Below are positions 52,445 to 64,000 of a stretch of DNA of 64,000 nt, in pieces (the stretch's first letter is position 1; each line of letters begins with the position of its first letter). The stretch is from Chrysomallon squamiferum (lineage: Eukaryota > Animalia > Mollusca), in NCBI GenBank assembly GCA_012295275.1, contig CM022670.1:36022001-36086000 (forward strand), read 5' to 3'. A model generated the notes under the pieces. The model saw only the letters and a program-made list of their open reading frames with translations, did not search any database and was not told the DNA's origin. Both the position numbers and the translations under genes were made by a program.

Positions 52445-52853
52445 ACATTTGTTTAGGCAACAGTCCGTCTTTCTATAATAAGTAAAAATTATTGAAAAAA
52501 ACTGAGCTTCCTCTTAATTAAGAGGTTATGATGTTTCACTCACTTTGTCCAAACGGTGTAGAAGAACCAAATGTTGCTGCAAACATAGAAAAATAAACTT
52601 AAACACTTCTAATATATATATTATAGATTAAGGAAAAATCAAAAGGTTAAGCTATGTTTATAGCATTGATTTGTATTTGTACATTTCATTATTTCTGAAT
52701 TTCTGAATACTGTTTTTAAAATGGGATTTTATACATGTAGAAAAAAAGAAGATCAGAACTGTCTGTTAAAAAATAATAATAATGAATGAATAAATTAAAC
52801 TACTTACAAGCGCCAGTGCTAAAACCAAAACCTGCTTTATTTTGTCCAAACAT
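30637..52853 (-). CDS. NUP98: Nuclear pore complex protein Nup98-Nup96 precursor, 39 coding exons, ~1844 aa once one missing base is restored
   Basis: Exons, high to low: 52853-52808, 52576-52544, 52051-51902, 51222-51100, 50738-50649, 50360-50206, 50078-49946, 49578-49382, 49007-48888, 48659-48497, 48149-47964, 47766-47700, 47484-47379, 47045-46896, 46377-46175, 45863-45756, 45256-45127, 44799-44595, 44273-44134, 43827-43714, 43393-43283, 40670-40403, 40109-39969, 39548-39405, 38799-38500, 38184-38042, 37624-37480, 36970-36875, 36677-36568, 36014-35836, 35464-35328, 34698-34426, 34074-33919, 33498-33351, 32906-32783, 32231-32092, 31879-31782, 31183-31085, 30739-30637. All phases agree except exon 36014-35836, which is 1 nt short. 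Contains FG/GLFG repeats, GLEBS, the peptidase S59 domain with VKHFSKYGL, Nup96 motifs [10 protein letters not shown] and [11 protein letters not shown], and C-terminal LPMPEDY. Confidence 0.97.
30889..30934. repeat. (CA)n microsatellite
   Basis: Perfect CA run in the last NUP96 intron. Confidence 0.9.
42580..42637. repeat. (CA)n microsatellite
   Basis: Perfect CA run in the intron after the HFS exon. It generates the spurious HT-repeat ORF at 42570. Confidence 0.9.
43283..44799 (-). CDS. NUP98: Nup98 autoproteolytic (peptidase S59) domain; cleavage site His-Phe|Ser at 43387-43379 (about F877/S878)
   Basis: Exons read [34 protein letters not shown] / [32 protein letters not shown] / [14 protein letters not shown] / VKHFSKYGL, the canonical Nup98/Nup96 junction. 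Confidence 0.95.
49946..50360 (-). CDS. NUP98: Nup98 GLEBS (Rae1/Gle2-binding) motif, split over two exons
   Basis: [43 protein letters not shown]|[13 protein letters not shown] closely matches the recalled human GLEBS ([46 protein letters not shown]). Confidence 0.95.
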
Positions 52854-53469
52854 TTTTTGTTTTCTGAAACAAAAATAAATATAATAGTTAATACACGTAT
52901 TGACATTTTTTTATTTTATTTTTTTAAATGCTTATAAATACAACTGGTTTGATGAGATTCACAAGTTAATAGTTTATATTAATGAGAGACTATTACAATT
53001 TATATTAAACAAAAATTGTATGCATACGACTCATATGCTTGACATCACACTTATTTTAAGTATTATTATAATTTAAGTTCGTAAGCAGTATATAAGTCTA
53101 CTAAAACTTAAATTAAAAATTACAGTTTAAAATTTCTTCTGATTAAATTTGCATTCATTGCTAACACTTAATTTTCCAAGAAAGATTTTATTCTAACTTA
53201 AAGTTCTACTTTCGAGTGAAACAATAAATTTGTAGGTATGTGCAGATAATCGCGATTAGCAGCTGCTGTTTCTTACCAATTAGCTGTTCCACTGAAAACG
53301 TATTTTGCATGAGGGGGGGCACTGTTTGTTCGCTTTTCATTGACTCGTGTTATATTCTTTACTTGGGATTTCTGCATACAAACTCAGATGGGATATTGAT
53401 AAGTGCTCACGATTTCGAATATTTTGATTCCGTTGAGTTTTTCTGTGCCTACGCTGATTTTTAGAAAAT

Positions 53470-54080
53470 TATGAATTTTCAACACGCTTGAATCACTAAA
53501 ACCAGCTACGTGACACAAACGAAAGGTAATTGGACATTATAATTAGTTTTTTATCTTATTGTCTTTAAAATTTTATCAAAATGTATGGACGCATTCAATT
53601 GTGATGATTGCCTCATGAAAAATGGTATTTTAGTCATTTCGGTGTTCAATCGCCATCTTGACACTATTATGGAATTTTTAACATGCTACAATCACTAAAA
53701 CCAGTTACGTGACACAAACAAAAGATAAGTGGACATAATAATTAGATTTTTATCTTATTGTCTTTAAAATTTTATCAAAATGTATGGACACATTCAATTG
53801 TTATGATTGCCTCATGAAAAATGGTCTGTTGGTCATTTTGGTGTTAGATCGCCATCTTGAAACTTTTACGGAATTTTCAACATGCTACAGTCACTAAAAC
53901 TGGTTACGTGGCACGAATGAAGTTACGAGGACATAATAATTAGATTTTTATCTTACTGTCTTTAAAATTTTATCAAAATGCTTGGACGCATTTAATTGTT
54001 ATGATTGCCTCGTGAAATATGGTCTGTGTGTCATTTCGGTGTTCGGTCGCCATCTTGAAACTTTTATAGCACATGCTTAG
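53470..54080. repeat. Tandem repeat, ~199-bp unit, about 3 copies, in predicted NUP98 intron 1
   Basis: TCACTAAAA recurs at 53493, 53692 and 53891. Each unit has TACGTG, TCTTTAAAATTTTATCAAAATG and TCGCCATCTTGA. Confidence 0.9.
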
Positions 54081-55468
54081 CGAAATCGCCGTTAATTTAC
54101 GTTTTCTACAGACCGAAATCGCGTTTAAAAGCAAAAGACGAAGTTAGTTTATTTCTGATCATATTCATATTATAATGTATATACTTTAGAAATATGAACA
54201 TAGTTTCTATCATTTTAAATAGCAGCAGTTCTTTTACATGTTTGTTACTTTTTTCTTTCTTTCTTTTTTTTATTTTATTTTTTTTATTTGTTTTAAAGCA
54301 AGAAATATACATTTGTGGACATAACTTTTGTTATAAATTTACACGCCATTGGTATTAATAGCGATGACATGTACGTTGTTAGAAATATCGAACTTTGACC
54401 TTCCTGGGTGCTAAAAATAGCCTTGCTAAAAATAGTTGGTGTTAAGCAAAGGCGACACCGCCTTTAGCTGAGCGCGTTGTAGAGCGACACCGCTTTAGCT
54501 TTAGGGATGTTCACAAAGTTTGTTTACCCCCACCACGTTTAACACTCTCATACAAACTACTGATTTAACACGTAACAAAAACAACATCACCATTTAAAAG
54601 AGCGCATAATAATCTGTATTTGAGTGTAATTGTTTTTCATGTTATATTTTACAGAAGGAATTTAAGAGTGGCGGGAAATGGACAAAATCTGCACTTTTGA
54701 TAGCTTTTTCCAATTATGTTTGTTAGGCTGCTGGTACCTTAATTAATAACTTCTTTTTAATTTTTACAAATATAATCGATAACAGAGATCGGCATTGGTC
54801 TTCACTGAAAATTTCATTAAGAAAGCTTGATTATTAACAAAGATAGAGGGGAAAATGTTAAAATATTACTATTTTCAGTCACGAACCTCTAATGACTTAT
54901 ATACTAAATATAATGTTTAATCGGACGAAAATAAGTGCTTATTAGGGGGTTTAAAATTGCTGCTACTTCCTTAATTTTTAACATATTCACGTAATCTTGG
55001 TATCATTTTAAAGAGGTTTACAAGCTCTACCCAACTGTCTTATTTATTTTCAGATTAGTGGGTTTTTAAAAATTTGTCCATACCAAAAATTTGGGTCGTT
55101 TTCACCATTACTTAAAAAATACATTATATTTCATTTATTTGAGATCTGTTAAAATTGTAAATAATTTGAAATGCACTAATACTGCTTCATGAACATAAAA
55201 GTTAAAACATAAAGGTGCACTAATAAATTTCAGTACTGAGTATGCCATTATCTAATGAAGTTAAACAAGGATCAATCAGCAATAATAAATTCATAAACTA
55301 AAATAGTAAAAGTAATCAGTAAAATGAGTAATACATGTGATTATTATTATTTATAGTTTATACAGAGTAGATTTAGCAGTAAATATTTAAAATACTCCAT
55401 ACTCATGATACTGAAATTACGTTTTTACTGCATTAAATAAAATGATCTTTTAAGGTGCACAGACTTAC

Positions 55469-55721
55469 CTTGTTTGTGCAATAAGGTAAATCTACAATTT
55501 CATGATTTCTTATGTTTATATAAAACAAATAAGACAAGCAGCTTCGTCTGGTCGAATCTACTTTCATCCAGAAAAAACCATACCGCCTAAAATACAAATG
55601 GCGTCACCGCTTTCGGGGAAAAGCCCAATACGTATTTCCGTTACTAAATATGGCAAGAGAAACTCCCTTTATAGGTTTTGCCTTTGGCGTAACACGGAAG
55701 AGAATAAGGTGTATGACTTGA
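55469..55721. promoter_or_regulatory. Putative bidirectional promoter; NUP98 non-coding first exon (minus-strand donor at 55468) and SNX-like 5' end
   Basis: Strong minus-strand donor AAG|GTAAGT at 55469/55468 would pair with the acceptor at 52864, 10 nt upstream of the NUP98 ATG. Locally GC/CpG-richer. YY1-like AAATGGCG at 55596-55603 and ETS-like CGGAAG near 55695. SNX ATG at 55722. Confidence 0.6.
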
Positions 55722-58700
55722 ATGAGGATGCAGGTAAACCGAAGGAAGAAGTATAAACTAACACACAAACATTGAACGATACTAGAAATTCTTTCATGTA
55801 ATAAATGAAGTGGACAGCTAATCGTTGATGTATTCGTTGTGAAAGAATGGTATTAGTTGCACATGTACATTACTTGGATATTATGTATATATATATATTT
55901 TTTTTAAATTATTATTCTAATCAAAGTATACGCCCCCCTCAAGCTGTTTCAACATAATGACTATTTGTAATGATTTCATTACCATAAGTTAAAAAACAAA
56001 ACAAAACAAAAACAAAAATTAACAACAGAAAGTAATAAGTATAGGTGGGGGTGTTTATATGTATTAGTGAGTGTTGTAAATCGAAATATATTATGTTTCC
56101 ATATAATTAATTTTAAAGGTTGAAATGTTTAAACCAGATACTGCCTAAAGTACGTGCAAGTTAAATCATTATTTGATAATCACCTTTCATTTATAGGCCA
56201 GATAACCTTTAATTAAAAAATATCGTTTATTTGAATTTCTATCATAAATTATTTTTACTTTTAAATCTTTTAAATTATTTATTTTTTATTTTTAGTAATT
56301 TGATTACGTTTCTTTAATTTCTATTTCAAAGGACGGTCAAATAAATGGATCTGAAGGAGACAGCTCTGCTGAATCAACTCCAACAAAGCACGTGCCTTTC
56401 TCACCAATTTTCACAGTTCAAGTGTCAGATGCAATTAAAGATGGAGAGACAATACAGTTTACAATTATGTCATCTAAAACAGAAGAAGAGACTGGTGCTG
56501 TTGTAACACGGATATATGATGATCTTGAGTGGTTACACCACTGTCTAATAACTAAAAACAATGTTGATGGAATAATTGTGAGTTTGAAGATATACTGTTT
56601 GTGTATGATGATTTGTAATGTATTGTTATTGGTTCACTAATTTTGTATGAATACTTTATGTAACAGAAATTAGACATGTACTGACAATAATTTGTGTATG
56701 TGAATTACAAAGAGACAGTTTGCTAAACATTAGCAACATTTAAAAAGAAACCCAGGCAAATCATAAATTCTTAAATACATATATAAAAACACACATGCAG
56801 TTATAAGGCGATTTTTTATGTTAAATCATTTACAAATAGTCCTTGTTCATTTTCAGTGTATGAAATACTTTAAACAAAAAATAAGGAAAATAATAATATT
56901 TTTAAAAATCATCCCTCATTTTCAATTACATTGAAAAGATGATTTTTAAAACTTCAGAATATTTCTAGTTTGTGAGGTGTCTCAATTTGAAGATTTTAAT
57001 AAAATATGTTTATTGTTTATTTTAAGAAAATTAAGGCAATAAATGCAGTTCGGTATTATTGGCATTAATAAAACAACTAATGTATTTCTAACTTCTTTTT
57101 CATGTAATTCAAAGAAAACAAACAAAAAATATTATTCTAAAACATTTTATTAAAAAAAAAAAAAAAATGATAACTTTTTTTTATTATCTGTGTATGATGG
57201 CTGCATTTTTTTTGTAACCAAGTTCTCTGGGATCCATCATTTGTCAATATAAACCAAATTTACTCAGGTTTTGGTGAAAAAGCATCATATAATTTTTGAT
57301 TATTGGTATGTGAGTGTGCACATCTGTTTCTTAAATTCAGTGATTATAGAGGTGGATTAATTGTCAAACAATAGTTAAACTGGGAAAGTACAATCTCAAA
57401 GTAGATCATTTATATTAATTTTAATCTGACCTTGGCTACTTGATTTACATTACATGGAATTATGACTGATACCTCTTAACTGTTAACAATAAAATGTGTT
57501 AAATTCAGGTTCCTCCCCTTCCACAACGACCTGAAATTGATCCTAGAAGTGCAGAATCAAAATCAAAGAAACAGCTTGGGAGTGATACTAATATTCTGAA
57601 GGGTGATGAATTTAGCAAAGATTGCAAAACAGTGGAAAAGTCAGTGTGTCTTGTCAACTCTTTTATTTAAATTCCAGTTAATTACATATATAATATATAT
57701 ATATTTTATTTTAACAATCCTAAATTTGAAAGTTTGATTAAAAAGATTATGTAATGCACCAAGTAAAAATAATATAAAATATAATTAATTAAAACAAGAA
57801 CTTTCTGAGATTAATCATTTTAATGATAAAACTGTTAATGAACAAAAAGTAAAGTGAGAAAATGAGAGAATCTATTTATACTTATTATGACATTTTTTAA
57901 CTAAAGATTATATCTCTACTTTATGTTTAATGTTCCATAATTTCTTTATATTTCAGATACTTGAGATTACTTTTAAAACATGAAATTTTGGCAAAGATGA
58001 AACATTGGAAAAATTCTTAAGAGACAAAGAGGTTCATTTCTGTTATTTTATTTCTTTTAAACATTGTATTTTGTCATTAAAAAAAATTATTTAAATCTTT
58101 TTTTTACTTTAAATGTAAGCTATTATTACTATTATTATTACATTCTTGTTGAAGTATGTTATTTTCACGCAGGCCCCCGTGCGAGCTAAGTTAAAGAAAG
58201 GTATTATGACAAGACTGTCCACAACAGTTGAGGAAGTACGAAAAGGAAGTCACAGAGTTAGTACATTTCACAGATTTAAAAGTTGAAGAAAAATAATGAG
58301 TTTTACTTTAAACTATCATAATGTATATAAAAATATCATTCACACACACACACACACACACAAAAAAATAACAAAAATAAAATGATTGTAAATGCCTTCA
58401 AAATATGCATATTTTACAGATTACAATAAGGTAGTCAGTCTGAAAATTACCTATAAACCGTTCAGAAACATAAATAGTTAATAACAGAATTTTGGAAAAA
58501 AAAAAAAAAAAAAAAAAAAGTAAATAAATAAATTAATGATAACTAAAAACTTATCTAATAATTTGTTGTGTTTATTTCAATTTTTATTATTATTATTATT
58601 TTTTTGTTTTTCAAAGGACATTGAAGATTATTTCCATAAGAAAAGGGAGTGGGCAGCTGAATGGGGTAAAGCCATTAAAGAAGTCTCAGGGGTAGGATAC

Positions 58701-61700
58701 TGGATTTTCTTCTGCTAATTTTAATTTTTTAATTTTTTAATTTATAGAATTACTTTGTGACAGGATATAAAATAACATATATTTTGCATAACATATTAAT
58801 ATATTGTATTAGTTTATGGTTGTTGTTTGTAATTTTCATTCTTAGTATCTTTATCTTTATTTTTCAGAATTTTAATAAAATGGTATGTGCTCAATATAGT
58901 AAGTATTTCTTCTTCTTTTTTTACCATTCTATTTTGACTATTTGCACATGTATTCATAAACTCAAGTTAAATTAATATTAAGCTTCTTGTTAAAAAAACA
59001 TATTATAAGCATATTATTATTATTATATCATAGCTCTAAACAATTTTACCTGAAACATAAAAATAAATTTTATTTTTTAAATCTATAAACACAGTCACTC
59101 AAATCTAATATTTAATGTCTGTTTTCATTTTAAAATGTTACTGAAAACAGAAGCTTAAAATGCAAAAAGTAGTATATATCTATTAAAAGGATGTTTGAAA
59201 CATTGTTAATGTCCTGTAAAAACTTAAGCTGTATGTGTAAAATAAAAAAAAGATACATATATTATTTTTTATTTTTTTATTTTTTTTATCAGGAGTTGCA
59301 GGTTCTTTCAGTCACTTAGCAACCGCATTAACATGGACTGGTACTTATAAAGATGACGCCACAGTTGAAATTAACAAGTTAGTAGACTTAATTTTAAAAT
59401 AGTTTATTTTTGTATGTAATTTTGATACTTGCATTGAAATTTGTTTTTGTCAGTAATATTATAAATCTTTTTTTCATTCATTCATTAAGCAGTCAAACTC
59501 TGACAGCCTGTTCTCTCCCATGTTAAATTAAATAATCATAAAATTTAGTTGCTGTGATTAAGAAACATTTATTTAATCAACATAATATATAAATACCTAC
59601 ATAATCATTTAAAAAAAAAAAATAATAATAATAACAAAAATAGTCCGATTTTTACAGCAAAATAACCATTTTTAATGTATTAAAATGTATTCCAATGTAA
59701 AATATATTTTATTTTGTGTTTCAGAACATTTACCAAATTAAGTGAAGCACTTAATGATGCAAGAGTAAGTTTTTAAATAATATTTAATTGTCTAGCTTAA
59801 ATTCATATATTAAAGTAATGTAGTTTGTATTTCATGCTTTAGTATTAATTGCTTTTGATGTTAAAGTTTTGTTATGCTGGTATGAGACAGCTGGTCACTT
59901 TCTTTGTACTCTCTTTAAAATATTTCCCATTCAAACCTAGATCACCTGTGTATGATTTAATACATGTTATTGTGGTATTGGTTTTCTCTCAGAGGGAAAG
60001 TGGATATAAAAGTTTCTTCATTGTTGATAAAGAAAAAAAAAAAAAAAAAAAAAAGGGAGCAGTAGTGATTTTCTCTTTTGTCCTAAATCTTATGTAACCA
60101 TAAATAAAAATGTTGAGTTTATCATTAAATAAAATATTTATTTTGTTAAGTATGTTTTAAATTAAAATCAAGATTTAAATGCTGTGAAATATTTATTTTT
60201 CTTAATAGCATGGCTTGGAAGTATTATGTGCCAATGATGAAAAGACTCTGGGTTTTCAGTTAGATCTTTATGCAAGATACAGTGACTCACTGAAGGTATT
60301 TTATTTCTGTAGATGTTCTTCTACTAGCAGTTGTGTGAAAAATCTGCATAACCATATAACAGTATCTAAAATTACATTAATTAAAACAGAATCCAAAGAA
60401 ACTCAAAGTTGTTACCTAAATTACATTTAGGGAAAACTAATCTAAAATACGTGCAAAGTTATGTCCCTTGTTAGGGTAAGGCCATTTTTTAGACTTGAAA
60501 CTGATTCTTTCCTTTGTTCTTGACACCTGTCTCTGATGATAATAACTTATGAATATCATTATTTTTAGGACATGCTTTTACGTCGTACATGTCTGTTAAT
60601 TGAGTATGAAGATGCCAACAAAGCATTAGACAAGGCAAAACCAAAAAGAAACAAGCTGTGAGCATAAGTTATATTTTTGCAAAAGATTTTAAATCATTAG
60701 CAAATTAACTTTATCATTGGCATTCCTTTAATTTCATTTTTATTGCATGTGGTAACATCACTTATTCTTTTAACACACATAATTATGAAGATATATTATT
60801 AGATAAAAATGTTAAAATCTGAAAATGAATTTAAGAGACTGTGAAAATCAAGTATGTACTCAGTGATAATAAACTGTTTCATACTGTATAAGTAAATATT
60901 AGAATTTTTGCCCTTTCCCTACTACTTACTATAAGACATACTAAATGAATACAAGAAGCTGGAAATCTGCAAAAGATTAATATCTGATTTTTCCAATGTT
61001 ATGGTTAATATCTTTGTTTTGATTTTTCACTTAAAATAATTATATCTATGTGCTTATTAGGCAGAGGAACAAAAAGAAGCTGCAGAAAAGGCCTATGAAA
61101 CATGTACAGAAAATGCACGGAGAGAGGTTTGTAATTTTATTAACAGAATATATAAATTAAAAGGAGAACATAAATACATATTTATTATTTTGAGGATAAT
61201 AATGAGCACACTTTCTATCTAGAATATTGATAAATTGGAAGATCTGGAAAAATAATTTTGTCTTCAGTTTGTTGTCAGTTTTATTTCCATTTGCTTTTAA
61301 GGTTCAATGTTTTCTTCAGAGATTCTGACATTGAAACCTTTGTTCCTCTTGCAAGTGATAGCTTAGCTGATTAATTTCTATTAAAATGATTTGTTTATTT
61401 TTTTATTAACATCTATTTTAATAATAGTAAAATATGACAATGAAATGTAATTTCAATAAAAAAAATTAAAATTCCTGTTGACCGAGGATATTGAAACACT
61501 GAAATGATTTACTGAGGCTTTTAAATTTCTGTTTTTCAATTACTGTTTATAAAATGCTACTACTTTTTGATATATTATCATAATATTTTATTAATATTTT
61601 ATTTTGGAATCATACAAATATAATATTTGTGAAATAATTAACAAGACCTGTTGTGTGATGGTTTTATTTATTTTTAATAGATGAAGGCTTTCCTGCAACA

Positions 61701-61818
61701 AAGACTGCTTTCCTTTGAAGAAGGTTTGACATCATTTGCGGAATCACAGATAAAAACAGCTCGCGATACTTACACCTTGCTTGTCACCTCTCTGTCTGCT
61801 ATCAAGCAAATGAACTAA
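55722..61818 (+). CDS. Sorting nexin-5/6/32-like PX-BAR protein (divergent), 13 exons, ~386 aa once two missing bases are restored
   Basis: Exons 55722-55733 (start codon tentative), 56332-56577 (FTVQVSDAIKDGETIQFTI..VVTRIYDDLEWLHHCL), 57509-57639 (VPPLPQRP), 57957-58031, 58173-58256, 58617-58691 (DIEDYF), 58868-58898, 59293-59377, 59725-59764, 60209-60295, 60569-60657 (DMLLRRTCLLIEYEDANKALDKAK), 61061-61126, 61681-61818. Resembles recalled SNX6 motifs (VDISDALSERDKVKFTV, IPPAPPRP, DVDDFF, KDLLYRRSRSLVDYENANKALDKAR). Orthology within the SNX-BAR family cannot be fixed by eye. Confidence 0.85.
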
Positions 61819-61878
61819 GACTAACCATCTCAATATTACTTTCTCATTTTACAGTGACACCAACTCTTATTAACACAA

Positions 61879-61916
<38 letters not shown>

Positions 61917-64000
61917 CACAGAAATATTAACTTTAACCCATATTTAAAAAATTAATTAAACAAACATCGATTAATAACAAGAATTTGGTTTAGTGACAAA
62001 TACATTAAATCCGAAAAGGTCATTTGTTTTGAAACTTTTTCTTTCTTTTTTCAAATTGTTTTTATGTGCCATTTTTACATATTTTTTCTCACTGTGAAAT
62101 TAGAATTACATTTATCTGATGGTTAAGAATTATTTTCAGTTTAAACCTAAGTTAGATGTTTTGTAGTAACATAAATATGGCACCAGAGGATGTGTGACAG
62201 CACTGATGTGGTCGTCTCATTTTACTTTTTCAAAAGGTCTTTATAATGTCAGTTTTATTTATGATTGATGAATCAGAAGTTATTGTTTCTCAGCGTGTAT
62301 TATCCTGAAAATATATTTAAAATAGAATATGTAAGTTTTAACTTCATTATCTGAAGAATAATAAAGATTATTCAATAGAAAGATCTGATACAGAACACTT
62401 AGCAGCGGAATAAAAATTTGCAGCTTCCAGAAAAAAAAAAGATGTGTAGATAATTTTATACTGGCCAGTAGTGTGAACATTTAAAAAATGTTTGCTGTAA
62501 ATTAATTTAGTGCCTGAAGCATAAATGTTTATTATATTATTAATTTATGAAGTAGATTTAAAACTAAAACACATTGTTATAATTTGTATGCAATACTGCT
62601 CAGTGCAATATTACTTCAAATAATTTGCATTTTAAATATTTTTAGAGTTTGTGATTTTAAAACCATCTTATGCTGTTGTGTTTAACAAATTCTATTATAT
62701 CATAACTAAACATCTTACTTTATCAGTATTATTTTAAATAATGATTCAAGATATTCATTTTTGTTTCATTACTTAATAACTGATGCAGGATACAGTTTTT
62801 TTGGATAATGTCTCAGATATGAAAATAAATACCCAAGGGTAAAATATAATGCAAAGATTTAATTGCTGTAGTTTCATCACCACCTGTTGAAATTTATTAC
62901 AGAAATGCATTTACGATTATTGAAAAACATACCTTCATAATATTGTACTTTAATTATTACTTTATATTTTTTAATTTGGTACTTGTATTTATATACATTG
63001 TTTTCCAATTTATTAATGTGCCTTTTACTATCTCATATAAACAACTTTCACAACTAGAAAACACAGATTATTTGTGGTAGGTGTACTTAAGTAAAAAGTA
63101 AGGCTCATTTAACACTGGGTTGTATTTTTGTGTTTTATTGTTTTATTTTTTTTTGTCCAGTAGAAATGAATAGTGATTAAATTTGCCATCTTTTGTGCCA
63201 GGTTACTGAGAAAATAAAACTGTTGTACTTCAAAACCATTCATAAAATGTGCCAGTAAAAACATAATTTTGCCTCTGGAGCTCTGTGTTGTTTAAAACCC
63301 ATTAAGGTTCAGTGAGAAATTAAATTTAATTGTGTGACTGTTGATCCTGAAATGTTTTGAATATGAAAATAATTTAATAATGTGACTACTGATACCTATT
63401 TTTACAATTTAATTTAAAACGTTTTCAGAAATTATCAATTTTGTTAAAACCACAAAATTGTTTTGAACTGTATATTCATTTACATTTTGTTATAAATCTA
63501 CATTTTCTTGTTACAACTATTAATAATAACAGCAAAAATTATCTTTTTTTGGTAACACATTACTTCTATTGTTAACCATTCTTTATTTTAATTCAATGTA
63601 CATGCATATAAAGTTTTATATTCATTAAATCAAATCACATTATTCTTAACTTGCACCTGATATTTTATTTGAAACTACACAGTAGCAAAAGGCTATCCAC
63701 TTGTGTACTGTTCAGATTTGAAATTACATATCACCCCCTTTTTAAAACTTTTTTCTACAAGGATATTTGTTCTGTAGTATTAGAAAAACAGTTACAGTTT
63801 TTAATATAAAATTATTATGTTTGTTAATAAAGATTGTGTTGACAGCAAAGTTAGTAAAAGTAAGATATATGACATATTTACTTGCTTTGATAAATTCAAA
63901 CTTTAGAGAAACAGACTTGAAGATCAGAAAAGAATTAATGTTGTTTTGTTAAAAATACTGATGTTCATTTTGTATGCCTAATTGATGATGATTTACTTTA

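Noticed and set aside
53470-54080. Regularly spaced repeats as a CRISPR-like array
   Set aside because: Whole 199-bp units are repeated with no unique spacers. The context is eukaryotic and there are no cas genes.
35900-60660. Programmed ribosomal frameshifting or RNA editing as a shared explanation of the three frameshifts
   Set aside because: No common slippery heptamer or downstream structure was seen. All three are 1-nt losses in short homopolymers, the typical long-read error.

Overview
AT-rich, intron-dense animal genomic DNA. It is probably a mollusc or other lophotrochozoan, inferred from composition, repeats and a 5S-like relic. It is not prokaryotic, so most ORF-track entries are spurious or single exons. 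Three spliced genes were reconstructed by hand: (1) MIEAP/SPATA18 (+, ATG 10688, 11-12 coding exons); (2) the NUP98-NUP96 polyprotein (-, ATG 52853, stop 30637, 39 coding exons, ~1844 aa, with GLFG repeats, GLEBS and the autoproteolytic HF|S motif); (3) a divergent SNX5/6/32-like PX-BAR sorting nexin (+, 55722-61818, ~386 aa), head-to-head with NUP98. The first 10 kb holds a decayed tandem duplication and transposon relics (FLYWCH/MULE-type element, MITE, internally deleted I/Nimb-type LINE). Best leads: tandemly duplicated symmetric coiled-coil exons and alternative C-termini in MIEAP; a p53-type element in MIEAP intron 1; a phase-consistent chain of cryptic exons beyond the NUP96 stop; a possible NUP98-only isoform. 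Three 1-nt homopolymer deficits break NUP96 and the SNX gene and are most likely assembly errors. No clearly novel system is proven by the sequence alone.
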